Program-made: the position numbers and the translations under genes
Notes under the pieces: model-generated
What the model saw: only the letters and a program-made list of their open reading frames with translations
What the model was told of the DNA's origin: nothing
Database searches by the model: none
Shown here: one piece after another, positions 8,504 to 18,094 of the stretch
How the letters are laid out: each line of letters begins with the position of its first letter
Position numbering within the stretch: position 1 is the first letter of the stretch
Source: Desulfatiglandales bacterium
Lineage (GTDB): Bacteria; Desulfobacterota; DSM-4660; Desulfatiglandales; HGW-15
DNA length: 51,827 nt
Reading direction: 5' to 3'
Assembly (NCBI GenBank): GCA_041685835.1
Contig: JAWLEX010000006.1
Span: forward strand, 1-51,827

Positions 8504-9457
8504 AAAGGTGATTGTCGATCCCACACTGCTGATGGCAAAGGCCGCGGGGAACGCAGCTGCGATCCTCCGGACCGCATCCCATCCTGTGCAGTGCATGGGC
8601 ATGATGAAGTCCGGGCCCACATCCATCAAGCCCTGAATGGTTTGTTCTACAAGTTCTCCTGAAGGGTCGTTCGCCAGGTGAAAACCGCCCATGATTGCGA
8701 ACACGCGGTCCTCTCCGGTCAATTTCATGCCGTACCGGACCGTGTTGACAATGCCCGCATGACTGCAGCCGGCCACCACCACAAGGCCCTTTCCCCTGAG
8801 GGAAAGCACCAGTGACTGGTCGTCCAGGATCTCATCCTTGACCAATTGCCCGTCACGCTCCATCACGGCGTCTGGCATTCCCTTTTCATAGGGCGTAGTT
8901 CGCTCTACCTGTCCGGTCACGAGGACGGTCCCGCCCGCAAGGAGGAGCGGTGAGGCGTTTTCCCTGATCTCCGCTCCCAGGTCTTTCAGATTTTCAGGGA
9001 CGAGGGTCCGGGGGAAGGCCCTGCGAGGGCCGTCCGAAGGGGAGATGTATCTTCCTTCCATGAACGCGTCCGGGTGGGCCACCAGGGGGACGCGGTTCGG
9101 AATCCGTTCGAGGACTGAAGAAAGAGCGCCGGTGTGATCCATGTGGCCGTGGCTCAGGACGACGGCCTCCACGTGGTCCAGCGGGATTTTAAGCATGTCC
9201 AGGTTGTGGGGAACACCCACGGAGCTGTACCCCGCGTCGAACAGGATCTCGTGTGTTTCCAGGCCGCTGACGGTTCGCACCAGGAGGGAAAGGCCATGCT
9301 CGGCCAAGAGCGTGTCATCAAAGATGAGGCCGTTTTCGGCCTTGGGCGCGCGGGTTACTGTGTCAGTGTTTCCCAGCAGCACATCAGCATAGTTGTCCGC
9401 CAGGACAACGATTTCGATCCGGTCCACCGGTTTCAGGTCAACCCTTTTCTCGGTCAT
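8492..9457 (-). CDS. MBL-fold metallo-hydrolase (COG1237, 'DHPS-like' family), paralog 1
   Basis: AEHGLS, FDAG, SHGHMDHTG, GCSHAG, GGFHL and PMHCTG motifs. Confidence 0.88.
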   Translation of the reverse strand: MTEKRVDLKPVDRIEIVVLADNYADVLLGNTDTVTRAPKAENGLIFDDTLLAEHGLSLLVRTVSGLETHEILFDAGYSSVGVPHNLDMLKIPLDHVEAVVLSHGHMDHTGALSSVLERIPNRVPLVAHPDAFMEGRYISPSDGPRRAFPRTLVPENLKDLGAEIRENASPLLLAGGTVLVTGQVERTTPYEKGMPDAVMERDGQLVKDEILDDQSLVLSLRGKGLVVVAGCSHAGIVNTVRYGMKLTGEDRVFAIMGGFHLANDPSGELVEQTIQGLMDVGPDFIMPMHCTGWDAVRRIAAAFPAAFAISSVGSTITFEKK

Positions 9458-9486
9458 GTCGTCTCCTTTCTAACGTTTCACGGTTT

Positions 9487-9502
9487 TGCAGGGCGCGTGC
9501 CG
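9487..9502 (-). promoter_or_regulatory. Candidate sigma54 (-24/-12) promoter for the 8492-9457 MBL gene
   Basis: Minus strand CGGCACG-CGCC-CTGCA (GG-N10-GC). Predicted TSS near 9476, just upstream of the AAAGGAG RBS and the ATG at 9457. Confidence 0.45.
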
Positions 9503-9740
9503 CGAGACGCCAACTGCTGAAAAACCAATAAAACAAAGTGCTCAAGGTCAAGGGGGTGGCCAGGCTGCACCCGCTCTTCAGAAAGTTCAAAGCTGATTTT
9601 TCTCAATTACTTTTCGTGAAAGTTGATATAGTCGCAAAAAAACCCAAAAGCAAGTCATCTACCTTTGTAATTCCAACCGGTTATGGTCTTGCCAGCGCCG
9701 GTAGGGCCGGTCTTTGCGAGACCGTCAAACTTGAGTTATT

Positions 9741-10895
9741 TTACAAGAGACATGCGCTCACGATTTCCGCCACGTCCATGACCTTTAGCCGGTCCTCCAG
9801 TTCCTCGGATTTGACCGCGTCCTCCAGCATCTTGGCGCACTGGAGACAGGCCACCGCGATGATGTCGGCGCCCGTATCCAGGGCCTCCCTCACCCTAAGC
9901 CGGGCAGGGCTCTCCTTGCCGCCGCCTAAGATATCCGTGAAGAAATTTCCTCCACCGCCCCCGCAGCAAAAGGCGTTCTCGCCGCTTCTTTCCATCTCCA
10001 GCAGTTCCAGGCCCGAGATGGCCTCGAGAATAGACCGGGGGGCCAGATATTCGCCATTGTGCCTTCCTAAATAACAGGGATCATGGTAGGTCGCCTTGAT
10101 GTTGCATTCCTTCAGAGGGACCTTGCCCGCCTGAATCAACGGGGCCAGGACCTGTGTATAGTGATAGACCTCGAATTCGCCTCCCAAGCCGGGATAGTCA
10201 TTCTTGAAAGCATTGAAGGCGTGGGGATCGAGGGTGATGACCTTCTTGACGCCCAGGTCCCGGAATGACCGGATATTCTGCGCGGCAAGGTGTTCAAAGA
10301 GTCCGCTTTCGCCTAAGGCCCGCACCTCGTTGCCGTCGCAGGTCTCCTTCTCCCCTAAAATTCCTATGGAAAGGCCGGCCTTTACCAGGAGTGTGCCCAC
10401 GGCCCGCGAGATCTTGACGGCCCGTTCATCGTACGACCCCACGCACCCCACATAGAAGAGATAATCCTGGTCTCTGTAGGGCTCCACAGGGGTGTCCCCG
10501 GCCCATTTCCCTCGATCGGCCGCCGGCGTTTTGTAAGGGTTCCCATTGACGTGGATGTTTTTGAGGTAGTCTCTCACCGGAGGCGGAATAAGACCCTCGG
10601 CCACCAGCTCCTCCCGTGCCGCAATGAAGATATTGACCAGATCTTCGCTGAAGGTAAATACGCAGTGCTCGACGCAGTTGGCGCAGGTTGCGCAGGAAAA
10701 GAGGATTTCCTGAAAGCGTGCGCTGTTCTTGAGCTCGCCATTGAGCCAGCCCCTGATGAGCCACATCCGGCCCCCTGGAGAATAGGTCTCAAATCGGAAT
10801 TTGCGGTAGGCCGGGCAGTTGAAGTCGCTATAATCGCTGGTAAATTTGCAGTAACCGCACCTGAAGCACCTGTGGACAATGTCTGCGTATTTCAT
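9741..10895 (-). CDS. Fe-S/CCG-domain oxidoreductase subunit (GlcF/HdrD-like)
   Basis: CFRCGYC, CATCANCVEHC, YHDPCYLGR, CCGGGGG and VACLQC motifs; the first CCG motif is degenerate (CDG). Confidence 0.85.
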   Translation of the reverse strand: MKYADIVHRCFRCGYCKFTSDYSDFNCPAYRKFRFETYSPGGRMWLIRGWLNGELKNSARFQEILFSCATCANCVEHCVFTFSEDLVNIFIAAREELVAEGLIPPPVRDYLKNIHVNGNPYKTPAADRGKWAGDTPVEPYRDQDYLFYVGCVGSYDERAVKISRAVGTLLVKAGLSIGILGEKETCDGNEVRALGESGLFEHLAAQNIRSFRDLGVKKVITLDPHAFNAFKNDYPGLGGEFEVYHYTQVLAPLIQAGKVPLKECNIKATYHDPCYLGRHNGEYLAPRSILEAISGLELLEMERSGENAFCCGGGGGNFFTDILGGGKESPARLRVREALDTGADIIAVACLQCAKMLEDAVKSEELEDRLKVMDVAEIVSACLL

Positions 10896-12280
10896 ACCTC
10901 GGTAACCTCCCAGTTTCCAGGATTCATAATGCCGTTGGGGTCCATCTGTATCCTGATCATGTTCATGAGCCCGAGAGTCGCGGGATCCATTTTTTCTACG
11001 GCCATCTTCTGTTCGTCCACGGTGGCCTTCCAGAATACGCCCCCGGCCTCCAAGGCAAAGAGGCTCACCTCGTGCAGGGCCTGCCGGGTCCGCTCCATCA
11101 TTTCCGGGTCCGCCCGGTTGAAGGTGAAGGCGAACCCAAACATCATGGCGTGACTCCTCCCGATGATGCGCGCCATGCCCGAGTACCCCAGATCATATTT
11201 TTCCGCTAACTCCAGGATCTTGTGCGCGCAGGCTGGATACTTGTCCACCATGATGATGGGGCCGGAGTATTCAAATCCCCCGCCTTTTTTTACGTCTGCA
11301 AACCGGCTGACGCTCCGCTGTGGCATGTCCAAGAGGGTCGGTTTCATGACCGGCGGGACCCCCATGAAGCCGCCGTCCTTGCTTTTGATAAACCGGTCGA
11401 GGGCGTGCCAGATCATCTTCCGCTTAAATTCCAGCTCCTCGTCCGTATCGCCGGTAAAAAAGAGGGTGATGTGGTGGTTGTCCTTGAAAATCATGGGCTT
11501 GGGCTGGGCGAATATATTGATGTCTTCCACCATCTCTGTGTGGGTAAGTTCATAGACCATCTCCGGGACCAGGTCTTCCCGGTCCGTGATGAAGATCTCC
11601 ACGTCCCGCATCCTCTTTTTGGGGTAGAGCTTGACGCCGATCTTGGTGATGATCCCGGTAGCCCCGAACCAGCCTAAGAACAGCCCGGTCAGGTCAGGGA
11701 GAGGCGCCCCCTTTGAGAACCAGTCCGAAGAAATTGCACAGGACCCGATCGGGCAGACCTCGCCCGTTGCCAGGACCACCTCCAGGCCGGAGATCATGTC
11801 GGAATTGAAGCCATACTGCTGGGTCAGCCTCCCCTGGCCGTGGATCATGACATTGGCCGCGATGGTGGCTGTGGCCGGGGAATCGGGGATGCTGTGCCGA
11901 AGCCGGGGATGGTGTTTTTCCAGATAGGCCTTGAGGAGCCCTTGGGAGGTCCCTCCCTCCACAATGGCGTGCCGCCCCCCTTCATTCACCTTCAGGATCC
12001 GGTTCATCCGCTTCATGTCGATCACGATCCCCCCTTTCAGGGGAATGACCAGGCCGGTCAGGGCCAGACCGGCTCCCATGGGCACGACCGGGATCTTTTC
12101 GCGATTGGCCAGGCGGACGATCTCCTGGATTTCTTCCACGGACTCGGGGACGACCACATAGTCCGGCGCATGGGGGGGCATCAATCCGGGGTCCCTGGCA
12201 TAAAAATAGGCCTCCTCGGGGTGGTTGGAAACATAGGCCTCTCCCACGATTCCGGCGAGCGACTGGGCAATATCCGTCAT
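10892..12280 (-). CDS. FAD-linked oxidoreductase (VAO/PCMH fold, GlcD-related), atypical C-terminal motifs
   Basis: VVPMGAG, IDMKRMNRI, LEVVLATGE, GATGIITK and DPNGIMNPG motifs. ATG at 12280 overlaps the upstream stop (ATGA). Confidence 0.88.
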   Translation of the reverse strand: MTDIAQSLAGIVGEAYVSNHPEEAYFYARDPGLMPPHAPDYVVVPESVEEIQEIVRLANREKIPVVPMGAGLALTGLVIPLKGGIVIDMKRMNRILKVNEGGRHAIVEGGTSQGLLKAYLEKHHPRLRHSIPDSPATATIAANVMIHGQGRLTQQYGFNSDMISGLEVVLATGEVCPIGSCAISSDWFSKGAPLPDLTGLFLGWFGATGIITKIGVKLYPKKRMRDVEIFITDREDLVPEMVYELTHTEMVEDINIFAQPKPMIFKDNHHITLFFTGDTDEELEFKRKMIWHALDRFIKSKDGGFMGVPPVMKPTLLDMPQRSVSRFADVKKGGGFEYSGPIIMVDKYPACAHKILELAEKYDLGYSGMARIIGRSHAMMFGFAFTFNRADPEMMERTRQALHEVSLFALEAGGVFWKATVDEQKMAVEKMDPATLGLMNMIRIQMDPNGIMNPGNWEVTEV

Positions 12281-13314
12281 AGCGTTTCCTCCGACTCCTG
12301 CATCTCGCCGATGGCCTTCCGGCAGAGGTGGATCATATGTATCGGTTTTATCCCCTGCTTGGCCACCAGGGTTCCCAGCGCATTCTGACACGCCGGGCAG
12401 TTGAAAATGCAGTACTGCGCCCCGTGCGTCGCCATATCGTCGATGTTTCGCTTCTGCACGTCATGGGCCAGGTCATACCCGAAGCACATGTTGAATATTC
12501 CGCCGCAGCAGAGGGCGTTTTCGTCCTTATATTCCCGTTCCACCAGATCGACGCCGATCAGCTCCATGATGTCCGCGACAAAATGGTGCTGGTCAGCGGA
12601 GAGCCGCGATGAGCAGGGCCTCTGGTAGGCGGCCCGGATGTTGAGCGGCTGGATCAGGTCCTTCAGTTCCTTCAGCCGGTTATACAGATACTCATAGTAG
12701 TGAATCGACCTGAACGGGACATCGATGCCATAGGCCGGGGCCAGATGTGAGAAGGCGCCATAGCACTCATCGTGGAGAAAGATTACCTCTTTGACGCCCA
12801 GATTTCTAAAATTGTCAACCACCCGGGGGAGTCTTTCCTTGATGACGGTCGTATCCGCAAAATGGATGTACACCACGTTGCAGAAGAATTCCTGGCCGAA
12901 GATATACGATGGCATGACATCCTCGAAGAGCCTCCCATTGATCCACCCCAGGAATTCCGGCATAAAACCAAAGGAGAGCACCCTCTCCTTCACCTCGCCG
13001 AGTCGGTATTTCCCCTGGGGTTCGCCGATGTTGATCCACTGCCGGGTGATGGCCCTCGGCGCGGTCAAGAGGCCCTTTTCCTGTCGCCTCTCCGTAATCA
13101 GGTAAAAAGGATGATTCCCCCTCCGGCAGTACTCCTCGCAGGCGTAACAGGTGACGCAGTCGTTGAGGACAAAGGAATCCTCCCCCTGACCGATCTTCAC
13201 CATCTCTGCGACGGCCGTCTCCTTGTCAAGATGCAGATACTGGCACTTGACCAGGCAGTCGCCGGTAGGGCAGGTCCTGCACACGTTTTCGTCGAATTTC
13301 AATGCATACATCAT
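12277..13314 (-). CDS. Fe-S/CCG-domain protein (HdrD/GlcF-like, divergent)
   Basis: CRTC...CLVKCQY, CVTCYACEEYC, YQRPCSSR, CCGG and FNCPAC motifs. Confidence 0.8.
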   Translation of the reverse strand: MMYALKFDENVCRTCPTGDCLVKCQYLHLDKETAVAEMVKIGQGEDSFVLNDCVTCYACEEYCRRGNHPFYLITERRQEKGLLTAPRAITRQWINIGEPQGKYRLGEVKERVLSFGFMPEFLGWINGRLFEDVMPSYIFGQEFFCNVVYIHFADTTVIKERLPRVVDNFRNLGVKEVIFLHDECYGAFSHLAPAYGIDVPFRSIHYYEYLYNRLKELKDLIQPLNIRAAYQRPCSSRLSADQHHFVADIMELIGVDLVEREYKDENALCCGGIFNMCFGYDLAHDVQKRNIDDMATHGAQYCIFNCPACQNALGTLVAKQGIKPIHMIHLCRKAIGEMQESEETL

Positions 13315-13605
13315 ATTCCCTTTTCAAGCATGGGTTGAGGGTGGGCGGTTATGGGGTCCGGGACGGGCATTATGCGGAACTTGGCGTTCCCAAAGATCTC
13401 AGGCTAAGCCGTGAAAAGGTAAAATGGTCTTTGAACTTTCTGGTGAGCAGGTGTAGTATGAACATGCTGGCCCTTAAGAGCTTGATATTGTTGGTATAGG
13501 CCGTCTCGAGGCGCATTCCGGCACAAACCGGACCCTGGGCCACGCACGTGCCCGCAAAACCGTGAAGCTTTAGTTTTTTGAATTTATTGGCTTTATTGGC
13601 TTTTG

Positions 13606-13656
13606 CTCGTTCCCATGCTCTGCGTGGGAAGGCATTCCCTGGGCGCTCTGCGGCCC
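13606..13656. repeat. Degenerate REP-like palindrome
   Basis: CTCGTTCCCATGCTCTGCGTGGGAA...GGGCGCTCTGCGGCCC resembles the GTTCCCACGCTCTGCGTGGGAA class of extragenic palindromes (recalled, not searched). Confidence 0.5.
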
Positions 13657-13769
13657 TTCGGCCGGGCCACACTGATTGTGCCGCTACTTTCATATATATA
13701 TGGGGGACAGGTCATTTTTCGACCATAGGCGGCACTGAACAGGTGAACGCTTAACAAGGTACAGTAAAC

Positions 13770-13850
13770 TATAGTTATATGAAGGCCTTTCGATATGTCA
13801 AGAATAAAACCCATTTGCCATTTGACATCGTGAATAAAGTGGCATAAGTA
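13770..13850. promoter_or_regulatory. Back-to-back sigma70-like promoters for the divergent oxidoreductase arms
   Basis: TGTCAA (13796-13801, which is TTGACA on the minus strand) and TTGACA (13822-13827) in an AT-rich spacer; the -10 boxes are only weak matches. Confidence 0.4.
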
Positions 13851-13921
13851 AAACTGCCTGAAACCAGACTGAAAGGGAACCGAAAATCCATAAAAGGCTA
13901 CCTGATGTGGAAGGAGGCTTC

Positions 13922-15292
13922 ATGGAGATATCCAGCCGACTGATGGAGATCTTCGGGGAAGACAGGATGTCGGACTTGCCGGAGGAGCGTTTTATTTATT
14001 CCAGGGATTCGGGGGCCCAGCCCCCCCGGCAGGTGGATTATGTGGCCATGCCAAGGACCGTTGAGGAAGTGAGGCAGGTGGTCCTTCTGGCCAACCGGGA
14101 AAGCATTCCGGTGACGCCCCTGGGCGGCGGCTTCACCTTGTCGGCCTTGGTTGTTCCCAACCGGGGAGGCATCGTCCTCGACATGAAGCAGATGGACCGG
14201 ATCATCGAGGTCAACGAGATGAACCGGTACGCCTTGATCGAACCGGGGGTATCCCAGGCCGGGCTCCAGTCCTATCTCGAGAAACACCATCCCCGCCTCC
14301 AGCATTCCACCCCGGAGGCCCCCCCCACGGTTACGGTGGTGGGCAACGTCCTGATACAGGGGCACGGTCACATTTCCCCGCGCTACGGGATCAACTCGGA
14401 CATGGTGAACGGCATGGAGGTGGTCCTTCCAACGGGCGAGGTCTGCACCATAGGTGCCGGTTCTGTCGGCTCTTCCTGGTTCAGCAGGGGCCCCCTGCCG
14501 GACCTTCCCGGGCTCTTCATCGGATGGTTCGGAACCACCGGCATTGTCACCAAACTCTCCCTGAAGCTTTTTCCCAAGCCCGCCTTTCGAGAGGTCCTGG
14601 CTTTTTACACCGATGATGTGGACCTCATCTCAGAAGGGATATTTGAGGCGACCCAACTCGATTTACTGGAAGATTTCTTTCTAATCAGCCAGGAAAAGCC
14701 CGACTGGATGAACCATGTTTTTTTCATCATCATCGTCTCCGGGCATTTTGAAGAAGAAGTCACGTTCAAGAAAAAGATTTTCAAACGGCTGTTCAGGGAG
14801 TTCAAGGGCGGGGGTAAGTTCACATTTGTGGAAGACCTCCATCCGGCTCTCAATAAGCGGTTCCTGGATGTGCCTCCGCTGGCGGCCCTGGCCGCGGATT
14901 TCAGAAAGGGGGGCGGATTTGAGTACACCGGCGCCATACTTCCCATCGACAAGATCCCCGCAGCATGGAAAAAAGGGATTGAGATCTCGCACAAATACGG
15001 GATGATCTGCTCCTATGTCCATCAGGTCCTAATGGGCCACAGCGTCATGTTCGGGTTCAACTACTCTTTTAACCGGGCTGACGAGGAAGACATTGAAAAA
15101 ACCCGGAAGGCCCTGGAGGAATCCAACCGGGCGACCCTCGACCTGGGCGGGATGATCTGGAAAGGGGAACTGGGGGCACAACAGATGATGCTGAAGCGGA
15201 TGGAGCCGAATACCCTGCAACTTATCCAGAAGGTAAAAGGCCTCCTGGACCCCAACGGGATCATGAACCCGGGCAACTGGGAGATGGCCTGA
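13922..15292 (+). CDS. FAD-linked oxidoreductase (VAO/PCMH fold), paralog of 10892-12280
   Basis: AAGGAGG RBS. Shares WFSxGxxLPDLxGLFxGWFGxTGI, KGGGFEYxG and DPNGIMNPGNWE with its paralog. Confidence 0.88.
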   Translation: MEISSRLMEIFGEDRMSDLPEERFIYSRDSGAQPPRQVDYVAMPRTVEEVRQVVLLANRESIPVTPLGGGFTLSALVVPNRGGIVLDMKQMDRIIEVNEMNRYALIEPGVSQAGLQSYLEKHHPRLQHSTPEAPPTVTVVGNVLIQGHGHISPRYGINSDMVNGMEVVLPTGEVCTIGAGSVGSSWFSRGPLPDLPGLFIGWFGTTGIVTKLSLKLFPKPAFREVLAFYTDDVDLISEGIFEATQLDLLEDFFLISQEKPDWMNHVFFIIIVSGHFEEEVTFKKKIFKRLFREFKGGGKFTFVEDLHPALNKRFLDVPPLAALAADFRKGGGFEYTGAILPIDKIPAAWKKGIEISHKYGMICSYVHQVLMGHSVMFGFNYSFNRADEEDIEKTRKALEESNRATLDLGGMIWKGELGAQQMMLKRMEPNTLQLIQKVKGLLDPNGIMNPGNWEMA

Positions 15293-15293
15293 A

Positions 15294-15965
15294 ATGCCCG
15301 GTACGGACCGCCTTGATCTTTCTCTTCCGGAAACCGGAGATCTGCTGGTCCTGGGCGTTACCGGAGGGATCGCCAGCGGCAAGACCACGATGGCCAAGAT
15401 GCTGGCGCAACTGGGCGCCCCGATCATCGATTTCGACCTGATTGCGAGGCGGATAGTTGCATCGGATCAGCCCGCATTCAGGGAGATCGTAGAGTATTTC
15501 GGGAAAGAGGTGATAGCGGAGGATGGTAGTCTCAACCGGAAAAAACTTTCAGATATCGTGTTCCGCGACCCAGTAAAGCGGCGGATGCTGGAAGGTATGA
15601 CCCATCCGCGCATTGTGGAGGTCTTTCTCAGTCAGGTCAGGCAACTGGCTGAAAAGGCGCCTCACGGGATCGTCCAGGCGGTGATCCCACTCCTCTTTGA
15701 AGCCCATCTGGGGCATTTGGTCCATAAGGTCCTGGTGGTTTACGTCTCTCCCGGCACACAGATCGAACGGCTCACGAAGCGGGATCAGATCAGCCGGGAG
15801 GAGGCTATGCGCATCCTCGACGCCCAGATGCCGATCGACCGGAAGGCTGCCTTGGCGGATTTTGTGATCCACAACGAGGGGAGCCTGGATCAAGCAAGAA
15901 AAGAGGTCAAGACCCTCTGGCAGCAACTGAAGGAGATTCAGAAACTGCGCACCATATCGAGTTGA
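15294..15965 (+). CDS. coaE: Dephospho-CoA kinase
   Basis: GVTGGIASGKTT P-loop, LNRKKLSDIVF, THPRI, IPLLFE and RILDAQMP motifs. Confidence 0.9.
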   Translation: MPGTDRLDLSLPETGDLLVLGVTGGIASGKTTMAKMLAQLGAPIIDFDLIARRIVASDQPAFREIVEYFGKEVIAEDGSLNRKKLSDIVFRDPVKRRMLEGMTHPRIVEVFLSQVRQLAEKAPHGIVQAVIPLLFEAHLGHLVHKVLVVYVSPGTQIERLTKRDQISREEAMRILDAQMPIDRKAALADFVIHNEGSLDQARKEVKTLWQQLKEIQKLRTISS

Positions 15966-16042
15966 AGATCGAGCGTGTTGCTTCCGATGCATATCTTTTA
16001 ACTCGACCACTCAAAGATTTGACGAGCTCAGGAGGAGGGGCC

Positions 16043-17017
16043 ATGAACCAGCCAACAAGTATACCCGTCCAGGCTGTGGATCGCGTGGAGATCCTGACTC
16101 TGATGGACAACTATGTGGACGTATTGCTTACCAATACCGAAGCGGTCACCCGGCCCCCCGTGTCAAAGGGCGGGACTATCCCCGAAGACAGCCTCCTGGC
16201 GGAGCACGGGCTATCGCTCCTGGTGACCGTGTATGCAGGAAACGAGAGCCATACGGTCCTCTTCGACACCGGATACGGCAAAATCGGCGTGATCCACAAC
16301 GCGGACATGCTTGGGGTGGATCTCGGCCGGGTGGAGGCTATGGCGCTGAGTCACGGCCATATGGACCATACAGGGTCCCTGTATCCTGTTTTAGACAGGG
16401 TCCCTGACAGGATCCCCATAGTGGTACATCCGGGGGCATTTGACGCCCCCCGCTTTTTCGGCCTGGCGGACGGCCGCAGGCTCCTCTTTCCCCAAACTCT
16501 GGTGAAAGAGGACCTTCTCAAACGAAACATCGAGCTGGTGGAGAGCACAACCCCCACGCCCCTTGTCGATGGGATGGTAGTGGTTACGGGCGAGGTGGAA
16601 CGGATCACCTCCTTTGAAAAAGGCCTCCCCAATGCCGGTATGGAACGGGATGGAACGATAGTTAAGGATCCCATTTCAGACGATCAGGCCTTGGTGGTCC
16701 ACCTTAAGGGAAAGGGGCTGGTGATCATTGCCGGGTGCAGTCATGCGGGGATCATCAACACGATTCTCTATGCCCAAAAGATCACGGGCGTCAAGGAGGT
16801 TCATGCGGCGGTGGGAGGCTTTCACCTTTCCGGCCCCTATTTTGAAAAGATCATTAAACAGACCATCGCTGAATTCAAGAAGATCGGTCCAAGGTTTCTC
16901 TCGCCCATGCACTGCACTGGCTGGAAGGCTGTCCAGCAGATATCACTGGCCTTCCCGAACGAGTTCATCCTCAACAGCGTCGGGTCCAGGATCGCATTGC
17001 AGGGAACCAAATCGTGA
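16043..17017 (+). CDS. MBL-fold metallo-hydrolase (COG1237), paralog 2
   Basis: AGGAGG RBS; SHGHMDHTG, GCSHAG, GGFHL and PMHCTG motifs; very similar to 8492-9457. Confidence 0.88.
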   Translation: MNQPTSIPVQAVDRVEILTLMDNYVDVLLTNTEAVTRPPVSKGGTIPEDSLLAEHGLSLLVTVYAGNESHTVLFDTGYGKIGVIHNADMLGVDLGRVEAMALSHGHMDHTGSLYPVLDRVPDRIPIVVHPGAFDAPRFFGLADGRRLLFPQTLVKEDLLKRNIELVESTTPTPLVDGMVVVTGEVERITSFEKGLPNAGMERDGTIVKDPISDDQALVVHLKGKGLVIIAGCSHAGIINTILYAQKITGVKEVHAAVGGFHLSGPYFEKIIKQTIAEFKKIGPRFLSPMHCTGWKAVQQISLAFPNEFILNSVGSRIALQGTKS

Positions 17018-17129
17018 GGTTCCCTCGGCGTGGACAGGCCTCTACCCCATCTTGGGTTTCGGGTCTGAAATTTCATTAATCGCCGGAAAGGTATACATAT
17101 CAGCCTGTCGACTGCATCCCGGAAAATGG

Positions 17130-17210
17130 GCGCACGCCATTCGCAAAGAGCTTGATGCCATTCAGCGGCGGATTGCGGAACTCGAACCCAAGGATGCCTC
17201 GTCCTCCTAA
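17130..17210 (+). pseudogene. Possible 3' remnant of a small coiled-coil protein gene (DUF5320-like C-terminus)
   Basis: Reads AIRKELDAIQRRIAELEPKDASSS*, with no credible start or RBS upstream. Confidence 0.3.
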
Positions 17211-17315
17211 GGCGGGGCCTGTTCGCCGGGTGTTTGGGGTCGGCTTGACTCACAAGGGCCGCAGCCCCGAGGCCCGGCAGCACAATCCGGCTCTGAACCG
17301 GAAAAGGTTTCCCTG

Positions 17316-18044
17316 ATGAATAAGCGTGCCGGATGTCTGTCCATTGTGGTCGATAACGAGACCCTGAGAGAAGACCTGGTCCGGGATTGGGGGTTTTCGT
17401 GCCATATTCGAACTCAGGATAAGCGTGTCCTCTTCGACACCGGCTCGGACCCCCTTCTGCTTCTCGGGAACATGGAGCGGATGGGTATTGACCCGGCGCG
17501 GGTGGACACGGTGGTACTCTCCCATGCACACTGGGATCACATCGGCGGTCTGGCCGGTGTGCTCGGTTCCGGCAGCCGGCCCACAGTAGTAGCGCCTCGG
17601 TCCTTTCCGGACCGGTTTTTCCAGGAGATGGTTTCCATGGACGTATCCTGCCGAGCGGTGGATGATTCCGCGGAGATCGCACCCGGCGTGTTTACCACCG
17701 GCGAAATGGGCCGGGACATTCCCGAGCAGGCCCTTGTGGTGCAAACCGGCGGGAGGCTGGTGGTGGTCACCGGCTGTGCCCATCCCGGTATCGTGGAGAT
17801 CGCAAGAAAGGTCAAAGAAACGTTCCATGGCCCCATCGGTCTTCTCATCGGCGGATTCCATCTCATGGGGAAAGGTTCCGGGGAGGTCCGGCGTATTTCG
17901 GGACAGCTAGAGGATCTGGGCGTGTACCGTATCGCCCCCTGCCACTGCACCGGAGCAGGCCCAAGCGAGGTCATCGCGTCCCAGTTCGGGGATCGATACC
18001 TGACCTGCGGCGCCGGGCTCGAGGTGGCGCTGCCGTTTTCCTGA
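17316..18044 (+). CDS. MBL-fold metallo-hydrolase (COG1237), short paralog 3
   Basis: DWGFS, FDTG, SHAHWDHIGG, GCAHPG, GGFHL and PCHCTG motifs. Confidence 0.88.
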   Translation: MNKRAGCLSIVVDNETLREDLVRDWGFSCHIRTQDKRVLFDTGSDPLLLLGNMERMGIDPARVDTVVLSHAHWDHIGGLAGVLGSGSRPTVVAPRSFPDRFFQEMVSMDVSCRAVDDSAEIAPGVFTTGEMGRDIPEQALVVQTGGRLVVVTGCAHPGIVEIARKVKETFHGPIGLLIGGFHLMGKGSGEVRRISGQLEDLGVYRIAPCHCTGAGPSEVIASQFGDRYLTCGAGLEVALPFS

Positions 18045-18094
18045 ATCCACCCCCTGGCACGCCCCAGGCCTGCTGCTTAGGGAAGAGCATGATA

